Part shown: positions 1 to 11,469 of the stretch, piece by piece
Layout of the letters: each line of letters opens with the position of its first letter
How positions within the stretch are numbered: position 1 is the first letter of the stretch
DNA from: Pristiophorus japonicus
Taxonomy: Eukaryota
Assembly (NCBI RefSeq): GCF_044704955.1
Contig: NC_091991.1
Location: 115,258,001-115,322,000 of the forward strand
Reading direction: 5' to 3'
DNA length: 64,000 nucleotides
The notes under the pieces: model-generated
What the model was told of the DNA's origin: nothing
The model's database searches: none
The model's input: only the letters and a program-made list of their open reading frames with translations
Made by a program: the position numbers and the translations under genes

Positions 1-490
1 CAAGCAATCTCAAGTCAAGTCATCCGTCGTCAATAACTTCCTTCTGATCGCATAATTTTTCACCCCACAAACAAAACGATTCCGTAATGCTCGGTTTTGA
101 AAGTTTCCAAATTTACAGTTTTTTAATGCTGCTATGTAATCACTGATACTTTCATCAGCCTTTTGATTCCAAATCCCGAAATGATAGCTTTCAGAAATTT
201 CTAATTGTTTGGGGTTATAGTGCTTTTCCAGCTTCTTTAAAATCTCTTTAAGCGTTGTGCCCTTTGGCTCGTCAGGCACAAGCACATTTACAAGGTTTTC
301 GTTTAATGCCGGACCCGCTTCCGATAAGAAGATCGCTTTCTTACGTTCCAACACAGCCCGGTTCTGGACTGCATTGTCTGGAACTTCAATTATGTTATTT
401 GCAGTGAAATACATTTCTAGCCGATCCACATACGCTTTAAAACGTTCCCAGTCGTGTCTATATTCCCCCAAATGTCCGATTACACCTGCC
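1..490 (-). mobile_element. Gypsy/Ty3 LTR retrotransposon gag remnant (runs off the left edge)
   Basis: ORF 10..609, from MAGVIGHLGEY...YVDRLEMYFTANNI...FLSEAG...KKLEKHYNPK...ESISDYIAALK...LRNRFVCGV...IRRKLL; typical Mag/K02A2.6-like gag N-terminus. Confidence 0.8.
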
Positions 491-636
491 ATTTTAATCT
501 CTAGCTGTTCACACCATGTGCAGTATTTTACCTCAGATTTTGTAGCTTTTTTCCAAAGACAGAAACTTCCAAAGTCTCTCTGTCGGCTGGCTGAATCCTT
601 CACCAACAAAATTTAAGCTTTAAATCATCCGAAAAA

Positions 637-827
637 TCCCATCTCGCCGCCAAATGTGATATATTCACAGAGCACAGCACACACAGCTCTAACATGGCAG
701 GCAGCTCTCTCGGAAGCCTCTGGAAATCTGCCTGGTTCTGTTTATTATTAACTATGCAGTTGCAGTACACAATACGTCCACATCCACAGTGTGGAGCTAC
801 AAACATTACAAGCTTACAGACATTACA
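637..827 (-). mobile_element. Short 5' LTR (655-827) plus primer-binding site (637-652) of the Gypsy element
   Basis: Minus strand reads TGTAAT...ATCACA (imperfect inverted TG..CA termini) with an internal AATAAA, then TT, then TGGCGGCGAGATGGGA, close to the complement of the tRNA-Ser(GCU) 3' end. Confidence 0.7.
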
Positions 828-1322
828 CTGACCTTTCTGTTGGACAAAGCATGTGCTGCAATATGCAGGAGCAACACTTTTTGCACATTTCTATGTGTGC
901 AATTATTGGGTTGCAAGACTACATTTTTTTACAAGCAAATAGGAGGACCTGTGTTTATAAATGATGCCAAAAGTGACAACCATTAGCTATAAAGGCCAAT
1001 ATTACAACAGGGAAGTACAACGCTATTTAAACAGCTATTGAGAGGATTTCTACACTGTCTGGATCCCAGCATACAATGAAGAGCATTGAGTGGTGACAAT
1101 ACCAGTGCAAAATGCAAACAAGACCACTTGAAAGAAAGTGCCTCATACAAAATGCCCCAAAGTAAAAACTGCTCCCAAACTCAACAGGGGAACATATTGC
1201 CTTTTGAAAGATTTCTAAAGGACATCCGTCTGGTAAGACAATATCAAATTAGAATGGTAGTCAAGTAGACCAGAAGTAGAGCACCACGAATACTGAATGG
1301 CAAATGAAAGCCTTAGACTTAC

Positions 1323-1414
1323 CTGCAGGGTGCGAACCTGCACACGGTTTGGCTCCACAGTGTAAATGCTCTCTTCGTGGACAGCCACAACAGAAGAATC
1401 ACAGGGAAACGAGC
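1323..1414 (-). CDS. IFT140: IFT140 coding exon 11 (92 nt)
   Basis: (G)[30 protein letters not shown] matches vertebrate IFT140; CAG acceptor, GTAAG donor. Confidence 0.93.
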
Positions 1415-1524
1415 CTGGAACAAAACCCACAGGGCACGTTATATCCTGATAGCTTTAAGAACATAGCAAATACAACAGTCAAAGAGGTATGGGAGGCGAG
1501 GCGGGGCCAACCAGAAGGAGCATT

Positions 1525-1660
1525 CCACCCGCAGGGTCCCCAGGGACAGAATCCATTTCCCCAGGGACAGTGGGCTCCATTAATGTCCCAGGGACAGTGG
1601 GCTCCATTAATGTCCCCAGGGACAGCAGGCTCCATTTCCCCAGGGTCAGCGGGCTCCCAT
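1525..1660. repeat. Minisatellite, ~27-bp unit (cccagggacagtgggctccattaatgt), ~4-5 degenerate copies
   Basis: Direct tandem repeats visible in the sequence. Confidence 0.8.
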
Positions 1661-1884
1661 CATATGGATGCAATTACGCAATTAATAATTTTTATCTACA
1701 AAATTAATTTCCTACGCTAGAGTTCACAAACCAGTTCTGATTGTTAAACACAATTCTTGCAAATGTTTGGGGCTGAAGAGCAGCAGTCCCTTTGACTTTC
1801 CGTCTCAGTACCAGGAAACTCAGTCCCCATGGTATTAATGCAGCAACTGCTCAATTCCACCTGAAAAAGCAAATTATACATTAC

Positions 1885-1957
1885 CTGCATTTCTTAGCGA
1901 TGGCCCAAACATTTCGAAAACGGTGGTGTGTTTCCCATTCCACACCACTACTGTCTC
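1885..1957 (-). CDS. IFT140: IFT140 coding exon 10 (73 nt)
   Basis: ETVVVWNGKHTTVFEMFGPSLRNA(G), homologous to human [28 protein letters not shown]/GTAA junctions with compatible phases. Confidence 0.9.
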
Positions 1958-2365
1958 CTGCAACAACAGAAAACAGATCTTTTACTCACAGCAATGCTAG
2001 GCTCTCCAAACCAGGGCTGTGATCAGGCCAGAGGTTTAACCTAGTCATAACTGGAGTCAAGAACCACCATTAAATTGCTCCATGATGCATTGTAATCCCT
2101 CAAAATGGCATCTAAACAAGATTGTGAATGGCACGTTTTTACAGCTACAATTCAAACCTGAAACGGAGTATCATTCTCAAAATCATGGAGGGACCTGGCA
2201 AAATCCTTGTTAAATAGCAGACTCTAAAACAGAACTGCAACAAGGTGCAGGGGAATGGGATTCATTGGATAGCTCTACCAAAGAGCCAGTTCAGGCATGA
2301 TGGGCCGAATGGTCTCCTCCTCAGTTTATGATTGTATATGAGACGGGCCATTACTGCCCATGTCC

Positions 2366-2468
2366 CCAGGTCCCCACCCCATGAACAAGGCAGCCTCAAT
2401 CTACAGGGACCCCACCCCATGAACAAGGCAGCCTCAATCTACAGGGTCCCCACCCCATGAACAAGGAA
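2366..2468. repeat. Tandem repeat, ~38-bp unit (cccaccccatgaacaaggcagcctcaatctacaggg), ~2.5 copies
   Basis: Direct repeats visible in the sequence. Confidence 0.8.
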
Positions 2469-2795
2469 CTCTTCTATCCACAGAATTTTACAAATACAAG
2501 ACACTCTGCTAACCCTAACCCATTAATTGTGTGTGCACGACTCACCTCTCACGACACTTAGTAATGAAGGACAGCACATTCACAACAACAACCCATTGAA
2601 GCATACTTAAATAAACCAAAATGTGAAAGAAATGAAGTGAGAGAGTAATATGCTGTTACAGAGCTTTAACTCTATCTAACAGTACAAAGTGTCATGTGTT
2701 GACACACATCCACTTCCATCCATAGGCTCCAGTGATATACAAACAAGCCTATTCTGGTGACTATGTGAAGTGAAGCATGTGTTTCAGGCCCTTAC

Positions 2796-2999
2796 CTTGG
2801 TGACATAAACCCCTTTGATATGCATGTCAGTACGGAGCATCTGCTGGTTTCCGGAGGAGAAGAAGCTGAGGCTCAGCTGGTTGGGAGCCACCTGCATGGC
2901 CGCTACTTGTTGGTTGAAATGAGCAGACATCACCTGCTCACTGAGGATAAGGACCGTGCCAGCACTGCTCACAGACAGGAGATTCTTACTCGAGCCCCA
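2796..2999 (-). CDS. IFT140: IFT140 coding exon 9 (204 nt)
   Basis: [68 protein letters not shown]; TAG/GTAAG junctions. Confidence 0.95.
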
Positions 3000-3683
3000 C
3001 TAAACAAACAGCAGACACAAACAGAAGGTTACCAAAGGTGGCAAGTAATCATACAACTCTCACTTTCTCTCGGAACAATTAGGGTCCAGTACCGGATGCG
3101 TTACACATATCATTTAATTCAACACTTCTGCAAAATAAGTGCACTGTAAATAACATGTGGCGTACCAGAGACTGCGGATTAACAAGTGCCCTAGTGCAAC
3201 ATGGTTGGTACACTACCAGCTGTATCACATACAGACAGGGCAGCGGTTTTGCACCCAATCACCTGATAAATTTCTGATCTTTGATCTACCATCACTGTGA
3301 GGAGAATCACTTCAAGCTACTCTCACACACCTCGCAACCAACAGCACTGGAAACACCAACTAAAACCTTCTGTACGATGAGGTTTATCAGTTTGATTTGA
3401 AAACAGAAAACCCTAAATATATCCGAACCGCAGTACAAGAGGGCAGCCCCTGCAGACATTCTTATTTCTCCAGATCACATCTTGAGGACCTTTCTCAGCG
3501 AGACTGGCAAGTTACACCTGAATCTGATCTGAAGTCTATTCGGAGCCACATTGAGATGACTCCACTCATCTCTTTTAGACATATTGGAACACCGCCAACA
3601 GTTGGTTTCTTACTAAAATCTCATCCATGGTGCACAAAGAATTCCATTAGTTAAATATATTTTCAGAATATACATTTTGGTGC

Positions 3684-4203
3684 AAACAACAACAACAACA
3701 ACTTTATTTATATAGCACCTTTAACGCAGTAAAAAGTCCCAAGGTGCTTCACAGCAGTGTTATAAGACAAAACAGATAAATTTGACACGAGCCTCATAAG
3801 AAGAAATTATGGCAGATGACCAAAAACTTGGTTAAAGAGGTAGATTTTAAGGAGCATCTTAAAGGAGGAAAGAGAGGTAGAGAGGTGGAGAGGTTTAGGG
3901 AGGGAGTTCCAGAGCTTAAGGCCCAGGCAGCTGAAGGCACGGCCACCAATGGTTGAGCGATTATAATCAGGAATGCTCAAGAGGGCAGAATTAGAGGAGT
4001 GCAGATATCTTGTGAGGTTGTAAGGCTGAGAGATTACAGAGATAGGGAGGGGCGAGGCCATGGAGGGATTTGTAAACAAGGATGAGAATTTTGAAATCAA
4101 GGCTTTGCTTAACCGGGAGCCAATGTAGGGTGATGGGTCATCGGGACTTGGTGCGAGTTAGGACACGGGCAGCCGAGTTTTGGATGACCTCAACTTTATG
4201 TAG
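3684..4203 (-). mobile_element. L2-type LINE 3' fragment with (TTG)n tail
   Basis: ORF remnant ...IPDYNRSTIGGRAFSCLGLKLWNSLPKPLHLSTSLSSFKMLLK; same family at 29445, 35779, 42660, 45312, 59570. Confidence 0.85.
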
Positions 4204-4451
4204 TAAAGGTAGCTATAACAGTTCCACTGTTAGACCACACATGATGTTCAGCAAGTAAATCAAATCCCTCTACACATAGTCACGTGTGGGCACCAGAATC
4301 AAGGGAATGGTGACTGAAGTAACCAGCAGCAGTCAAAACATGTGCCAGGCAGTGGTGGAAGACTTGGTCCTTTGCTCATGGACAGCAGGATGCATGTGCT
4401 GTGTGGCACTGCTGGTGAGATCAGAGCGTATGTGTTCTTCACCTCCATTAC

Positions 4452-4600
4452 CTTGATCTGTGTGATATTTCCTTCGAGATCAATTGGAGCCTGTAGTTTC
4501 CATTGGTCTTTCCCCTCCATTCTCCAACCATTCATACAGCTGACCAGAGCCTTTCGCCACATAGCAACCTGTCCCTTACTGGTGCCGGCTGCTAGGATAC
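4452..4600 (-). CDS. IFT140: IFT140 coding exon 8 (149 nt)
   Basis: (G)[49 protein letters not shown]; TAG/GTAA junctions. Confidence 0.95.
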
Positions 4601-4759
4601 CTAGGAAACATCAAATTATTCTTACAATCAGATCTCTCATACAGTAAGGAGTGAGTAACTTAGCAATTTATGGTTTTCTCATTAAGCTTCCGATTTTATT
4701 TGTCAATATTTATTTTGAAACAGCAACACTGTGATTAATTCCAGTATCAGAGGGAAAAT

Positions 4760-4995
4760 AAGAACATAGAATTAGAAGCAGGAGTAGGCCATACGGCCCT
4801 TAGAGCCTAATCTGCCATTCAATACGATCATGACTGATCTTTAACCTCAACTCCACTTTCCCGTCAAATCTCCATATTCCTCGATTCCCTTGGAATCCAA
4901 AAATCTATCTATCTCAGCCTTGAATATACTCAATGACTCAACATTCACAACCCTTTGGGGTAGAGAATTCCAGAGATTCACAGCCCTCTGAGTAC
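4760..4995 (-). mobile_element. CR1 LINE 3' end fragment
   Basis: Matches the 3' ends of the longer CR1 copies in this window (ctactcctgcttct...ttctatgttctta tail). Confidence 0.8.
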
Positions 4996-5837
4996 CACTT
5001 CATGACGTAGTACTGAACCATATAAACCAGAAAGGTTCCAGGTTGAATCAATGATTAATGCCACAGCAATAATACAGTGCACTACAATTGACATCAGGAT
5101 CCCCAGGCTACAGAGAAGCAAAAGTTCCCATTATTGATTACTATCCAGTGACCCTTGCATAGAGGTCATGTGAATGGCCATGCAATAAGGCAAGGATCAG
5201 GCTCTACTACAATGGACCCACAGTCAAATAGCCCAATGACAATCAGGGTCTGGACACATACAGGAAGGGAGACCTTGACTGCGTCCTTGGAGCTAAGAAT
5301 ATTTACACCTTTTAAAAAAACACCATAACAATTCTAGTAAAGTAACCTCTCTACTCTATAAAATGTAAGAGCAGTCCGCAACCAAAACCGATTTCTTATA
5401 CATACAATCAGGGCACTCCCTTTGGCTGGGAAACTATGTGATATTTGGAGTGTAATACAGACAAATGATGTTCAGTATTAAATCACTACTATCAAAGAGG
5501 CAGTGGCGAGACTACACTGTTTCAACTTGGACCACAAGCAATCGCTCTGGTTACCAAATGTTCTACAAATGATCAAAATAATTCATCCAATATACAGAGA
5601 GTAAAATCAGCAAAAGATCACCTTATGGTAACTATTGTGTGCACGTTGTACACAATGGGTTAAAGGGCCAGCCAGTGAACCCACTAGGACTGGAGGTCCC
5701 TTTTTCTACTGCCAATGTTAACTGCCCAGTTCATAGCCAAATAGCTCAGACACGTCACCACATTTGTTAAACTGCTGCAGTGCTGGCTTTGGTTGTGCCT
5801 GCTGACTAACCCAACTCTAGAATCTCACATAAAATAT

Positions 5838-6184
5838 GGCCAGGGTGATCTCCTGGACTAGTTTCGAACACCTGGATGGGTAGGAGAGGAATTTTCCCAG
5901 ATTTTTTCTCCCTAAATTGGCCTGGGTTTTGCCTCTCCCAGGAGATTACATGGCTCCGGTTGGGGTGGAGTGTAGAATGTTTTAGTATAAGGGGTGTCAC
6001 AGTTGTGGTGAGGCGGATTGGTTGGGCTGGGTGCTCTTTGCCTTTCCGTCATTGTTCATAGGTTTATATGTAACCTTTAGGGCTGCTGACCAAGGGCTGT
6101 GTGGCTCTTTGTCGGTCGGCACGGAAACGATGGGCCAGAATGGCCTCCTTCTATGCTGTAAATTTCTATGTATCTATGTTTCTA
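5838..6184 (+). mobile_element. Isolated long 3' UTR of a CR1 subfamily
   Basis: Highly similar to 14418-14760, ending in (tttctatg)n. Confidence 0.8.
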
Positions 6185-6445
6185 CAGTCTAAATGCTCCC
6201 ATCCTCAAGATTGCTTTGAGAAGGCTGGTGGTAACCCAAATCAGATTCCATTTCAACTCAAACCAGTATTACACTGATGAGAGGTGAATTTAAAAGGATC
6301 TCCATCGGAGCAGATGGGAAGGAGACAGAGTGGCATGGTGTGTTGCCATACTTTGGGACCTCGGTATAACTCTAGCCCAGACTGATGGGATGAATGTGTC
6401 CTCTATCTGCTGGCTCCAAGAATGGTATGTATGGGTCCTTTTTGT

Positions 6446-6823
6446 GAGTCTTGGCTCAGTGGCAGCATTTTGATGAGTCAGAACGTTGCGGGTTCAAGCC
6501 CCACCACAGACTTGAGCCCATAATCTAGAATTATAGCACAGTACTGAGAGTGCTGCAGTGTCGGACGAGTCACTAAACGGAGGCCTCAGTTGCCTTAAGG
6601 TGGACGTGAAAGATTCCATGCACTGTTTGAAGAGCAGGGAGATCTCCTAGTCAACATTCCTCCCTCGACCAACACCATTAAAGACAGATTAACTAGCCAT
6701 TCATCTCATTTCGACTGCCACATTTGTCTATATAACAGTGACTGCACTTTAAAAAATAATTCATTGGTTGTAAAGCACGTGGAGATGCTTGGAGGGTGTG
6801 AAAAGACACTATACAAATGCAAG
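6446..6823 (+). mobile_element. DeuSINE (SacSINE1-like), degenerate
   Basis: tRNA-like head (tggctcagtgg...gggttcaagccc), Deu-domain and ...ctatacaaatgcaag tail. Confidence 0.7.
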
Positions 6824-6824
6824 A

Positions 6825-7350
6825 TCTAAGGAAGGATATACTTATCTAAGGAAGGATATACTTGCCTTGGAGGCAGAACAACGGAGGTTCACTAGATTGA
6901 TTCCTGGGATGAGAGGGCTGTCATGATCAGAGATTGTGTAGACTCTCTGGAGTTTAGAAGAATGAGAGGTGATCTCATTGAAACATACAAGATTCTGAAG
7001 GGAATTGACAGGGTAGATCCTGAGAGGTTGTTTCCCCGGGCTGGAGTGTCCAGAACTAGGGGTCACAGTCTCAGGATAAGGGGAAGGCCATTTAAGACAG
7101 AGATGAGAAGGAATTCCTTCACAGAGGGTTGTGAATCTTTGGAATTCTCTGCCCCAGAGGGCTGTGGATGCTGAGTCTCTGAATATATTCAAGGCTGAGA
7201 TCGATAGATATTTGGAGTCTAGGGGAATCAAGGGATATGGAGATCGGGCAGGAAAGTGGAGTTGAGGTCGATGATCAGCCATGACCTTACTGAATGACGG
7301 AGCAGGCTCGATGGGCCATAGGGCCGACTCCTGCTCCTATTTCTTATGTT
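6825..7350 (+). mobile_element. CR1 LINE 3' fragment
   Basis: SLEFRRMRGDLIETYKILKGIDRVD...TRGHSLRIRG; begins with a 20-bp tandem duplication atctaaggaaggatatactt. Confidence 0.88.
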
Positions 7351-8089
7351 AAGATCTTTCTGTCCATGTGAAATGAACTTGGGTTCTCAGCAGTTGTGAT
7401 ACCACAGCACTAAACAGCAATCTGACGCAGAGGCTGTAAAGATAATTGATGCAGGAAGTGGTAAAATTTAGGGGTGGTCTTTGGAGATTGAGGCGAAGGC
7501 AGATTGCTGGGGAGGAGTAAGGGGAGTGCACTGCATACAAGCTAGGAGAGCTCAATCCTGGCACTGGGTGACAGCATTCCATCGCAGGACCGCCATGCCT
7601 TGACTTGTTCAGCACAAAATATCAACATCTGTCTGCAAATGTTAAGTTATGCCACATCTCAAATAACAGCTGCTGGACAGAGGAGGCCACATAGAGGCTA
7701 ATGCTGAGTGACTGAAAACATATCTGAATTTGAGAAACAGCACAAGGCTCAAAAATACTGTGATGTACCATTGCCGGTAAATGATTCAATTTTTTTTTTA
7801 AAGAGAAACAAAACCAAAGGGCTACTTACTAAAATCAGAGGAGGACTGCTAACACTTGGCCTGAGAGACCCCATACACAGCAAACTGAGCAGAGGATGTG
7901 ATGAGTAGGTGGGGGCGGGATGAGTAGGTTCTGGTCCTGTCCATTTCATTCATACCAGTTAGAGAACACAGTCAGCAATTATTGTTTAAAGATGTTCTTT
8001 TAAGGACTGCACAGTCTGTGGAGTTTAGTTATCATGGGCACATTGGAAGTGTGGAGAAAGTAAAAAGCTGCAGCAAGATATAGACCTAC

Positions 8090-8196
8090 CTTTACTTTCA
8101 CAATAAGAGATACAATTTATAATTTCTCCAGTGCCAAACCCCAAATGTTCATCCAGCGTCAAAGCATAATTCTCATCTCTATCCAAATCCCAGACC
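8090..8196 (-). CDS. IFT140: IFT140 coding exon 7 (107 nt)
   Basis: (R)VWDLDRDENYALTLDEHLGFGTGEIINCISYCESK(G); CAG/GTAGG junctions. Confidence 0.95.
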
Positions 8197-8889
8197 CTGA
8201 TGGAAAAAACAGCACAAAGTTTATGACGGATCACATTATCCTGCCTGTCTCAAAGCAGGTACATTAAAAGATGCCATAAAACCCATTGGCACATTACACA
8301 GTGTAATTAGCACGTGTGACTTTTACATCAGGCAGCAAAAGGTTCTGGGTAAACTACATCCAAAGTTTTTCAAATTATAAAAACCCGCACAAAACCGTGA
8401 CGTATACACCAGATTCAATACAGGTACACTAACTGGGAGAGGATTCAGATTACATGAATCAATCACGTGACACACAAGACACATGACACACAAGACAACA
8501 GTAAATACAAGTTATCAATCATGTGACTGATTGAAAAAAGCACAGCGATCCACCCTTCATCTAAACACACCATGGGTGATATATTAGGCAGGTACTCCAA
8601 ATATAACAAATTAAATAGCAGTCTGTGAAAAAAAGCTAACATATACTCGTTTGTCATTATAACTTTTTTGAGATTAGTTTCCTGTCCCGCTGCCATCTAA
8701 TTTATTGCACAGTTGTTCGACTGAGTTCCTATCATCACCACCAGTGGTGGGCACATAATCAGCCAATCTTCCTGTGGGCTGCATTTTACTGACAAAAAAA
8801 CACGAGCCAGGATCGAATTAAACTGTTAGGGAGAAGCACTATCCTAATATTCGGCTCTCTGCAGTCAGAAAGAGAAATGAAGAATGCTC

Positions 8890-9145
8890 CAAAGCACTTC
8901 ACGGCCAATGGAGTACTTTTGAAATGTAGTCAGTGTTGTAATGTAGGGGAAAGCAGCAGCCAATTTGTGCACAGCAAGCTCCTACAAACAGATAATGATG
9001 CTGGTTGAGAGATAAATAATGGCCAGGACACCGGGAGAATTCCACTTGTTCTTCTTCGAATAATGCCATGGAGTCGTTTGCCCGAGAGGTCAGACGGGGC
9101 CTTAGTTTAACGTCTAATCCAAAAGACGGCACCTCTGATACAGCA
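8890..9145 (-). mobile_element. DeuSINE (SacSINE1-like) 3' part
   Basis: Similar to the adjacent full copy at 9258-9726. Confidence 0.75.
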
Positions 9146-9257
9146 GTCAGATAGACTTGATGAGCTAATATACCCGAATGCCCAGTGTTCATTTCTGAAT
9201 TAACAAGTTTCCCGGCATTTGGTCTGAAAGCCATGGCTTTCAGAATCAGCAAGTTAG

Positions 9258-9726
9258 GAAAGAAAGAAAGACTTGGATTTATATAGCGCCTTTCATGACC
9301 ACTGGAAGTCTCAAAGCGCTTTACAGCCAATGAAGTATTTTTGGATTGTAGTCACTGCTGTAATGTAGGAAATGTGGCAGCCAATTTGCACACAGCAAGC
9401 TCCCACAAACAGCAATGTGATAATGACCAGATAATCTGTTTTTGTTATGTTGATTGAGGGATAAATATTGGCCAGGGCACCGGGGATAACGCCCCTGCTC
9501 TTCTTTGAAATAGTGCCATGGAATCTTGTACGTCCACTTGAGAGAGCAGACGAGGTCTCGGTTTAACGTCTCATCCGAAAGACAGCACCTCCGACAGTGC
9601 AGCACTCCTGCGGCACTGCACTGGAGTGTCAACCTAGATTATTGTGCTCAAGTCCCTGGAGTGGGACTTGAACCCACAACCTTCTGACTCGGAGTCAAGA
9701 GTGCTGTCCACTGAGCCACAGCTGAC
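9258..9726 (-). mobile_element. Full-length DeuSINE (SacSINE1-like tRNA-derived SINE)
   Basis: A box TGGCTCAGTGG, B box GGTTCAAGTCC, Deu-domain (ggaggtgctgtctttcggatgagacgttaaaccgag...), tail ggcgctatataaatccaagtctttctttc. Confidence 0.88.
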
Positions 9727-10822
9727 ATGCAAGAGAACTATACACCCTTCAACACCTTGAAAATCACAGAGATAGGAAATTGTAAGTTTGTGTGTCAAAA
9801 ACAGGGGGATGTTGCAGAGTGCCACAATAATGGAATCTACACCCTTGATCTTAACAAGGTGAACTACCCATTCCTGTTAGAAGAATCCACTAGTGGATTG
9901 CTCCTTAAGGGAATCCCCAGGAAAAAGAAGTCAGTTTATATTCAGTATTATCCCAACCTCATGAAGTGAATCAGTTTGACATTTTCATTCTCACCTACTT
10001 TTTAAAACTATAATTTGCTTTGCTTCCATTAATCTTGTGAAAAATAAAAGTGGCCTTTTTTTCTCTTATTTGTGGGTTCCTCATCAACAAAATAAACCTC
10101 TGGAGATATGAATCAATGGTGTGAGCGCTGGCTGACACATGTACACACGAGGAGAGCGCTGGGGGGGGGGGGGTGAGAAACAGCCAGATCTCTGGTCTCT
10201 GAAATTACGCTTGCGATTTTGGAAGAATAGTGCTACACTGGCCTTCCCCCACTGCTCCCAGTGTATGTTCCCAAAACACACCCCACCATGTATGCTCTTT
10301 ATAACTGATCAGAGATTCCTCATTTTACTAAAATACGTATTTCTAGGTTGCGAAACAAAGAAGCAAGTTGGTTCCAATCTTTCCAATTGAAGAACAGAAC
10401 TTGGGCTTGTTTGAGGGTCTACAAAAATAAAAAGATTAGAAAACCAGGTAAGCTAGCAGTTTCCTTAATTATGCCTGCAAATCAACTCCTGAAATCCGAG
10501 CAAGTGTCAAATTTGGCTAAATCTCTTCGCAGTGATTATTCTTGGCCACAGCTATAACCAACATTCACATGGTTTTCAACACAAACAAAACAGGCACATT
10601 AACTCAGCACAGCTCATGAAATCCAACAGGTGAAAGCCGGTTTTCATATAAAACACTACTGAAAATGTATATAAAAGACACAGGATAGTGTAATAAAATG
10701 ACTGTGCAACATTTTAAGACTTCATGCAAACTGCTTGACACCGAACTCATCAAGCTGTGCCAAACCCCAGAATCCTCTCCCAGTGCTGAAATGGAATGCA
10801 GTGTAACCCATGCAGACCTCAC

Positions 10823-10914
10823 CTAATAGCTATTTCGCCTGTTGCTGTAATGAGAAGGTCCCTCTCCACCCAGATAATGTCAGCTGTTTGACCTGCCTTT
10901 CCGCTCAGCTTTAC
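10823..10914 (-). CDS. IFT140: IFT140 coding exon 6 (92 nt)
   Basis: VKLSGKAGQTADIIWVERDLLITATGEIAI(R); CAG/GTGAG junctions; not present in the ORF track. Confidence 0.93.
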
Positions 10915-11469
10915 CTGCAACAGAAACAGGCACAGGTACAATGGAAGCCTTGTAAAGACAGAATGTTTAAACACAGACTCGAGTCTGAATGGACAATAAA
11001 CAATTCAGATAGCAGCATCACGATCCAAACTCAAACACATGTCATTCAAGGTTTAGTGTTCATGCCAAAGGTCCTATTTTCCACCTCCAGTTTCTCTCCT
11101 CTCCCCACAGCAGTAACTCTCGCTGGGATAGGTCCCACAGCTGGTCCTCTAGTCTAAGTGGCTAAAACTCGTACAAGCGTAATTGAGCAAACGTGAAAAA
11201 GAATATTATGGAATCCAGGCATGCTGACATTCACAAACATGTGAGGAACAAACAGAAATATTACCCAAAATGGTAACAACTTCTGTTCCAATTCTTTGGA
11301 CTCAATTTTCCCTAGTTATCTGCGCCGCTTTTTTTGGCATAAATTAAAATCTCCAAGTTTCCCCAAAGTTTCTGCGCCAGCATAACTCAGTTAGTTACGT
11401 ATTTTTTAGGTTAATTTTTTTTGCGTCATAGGGGGTGTAACGTGATGTCTGCGCAAGTTTTTCACGTTT

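Noticed and set aside
1304-1720. 138-aa plus-strand ORF with QGQWAPLMS repeats
   Set aside because: Antisense to an IFT140 exon and running through a 27-bp minisatellite.
9650-9726. tRNA gene-like A/B boxes (also ~22620-22693 and ~51865-51930)
   Set aside because: These are heads of DeuSINE copies, followed by SINE body and tail.
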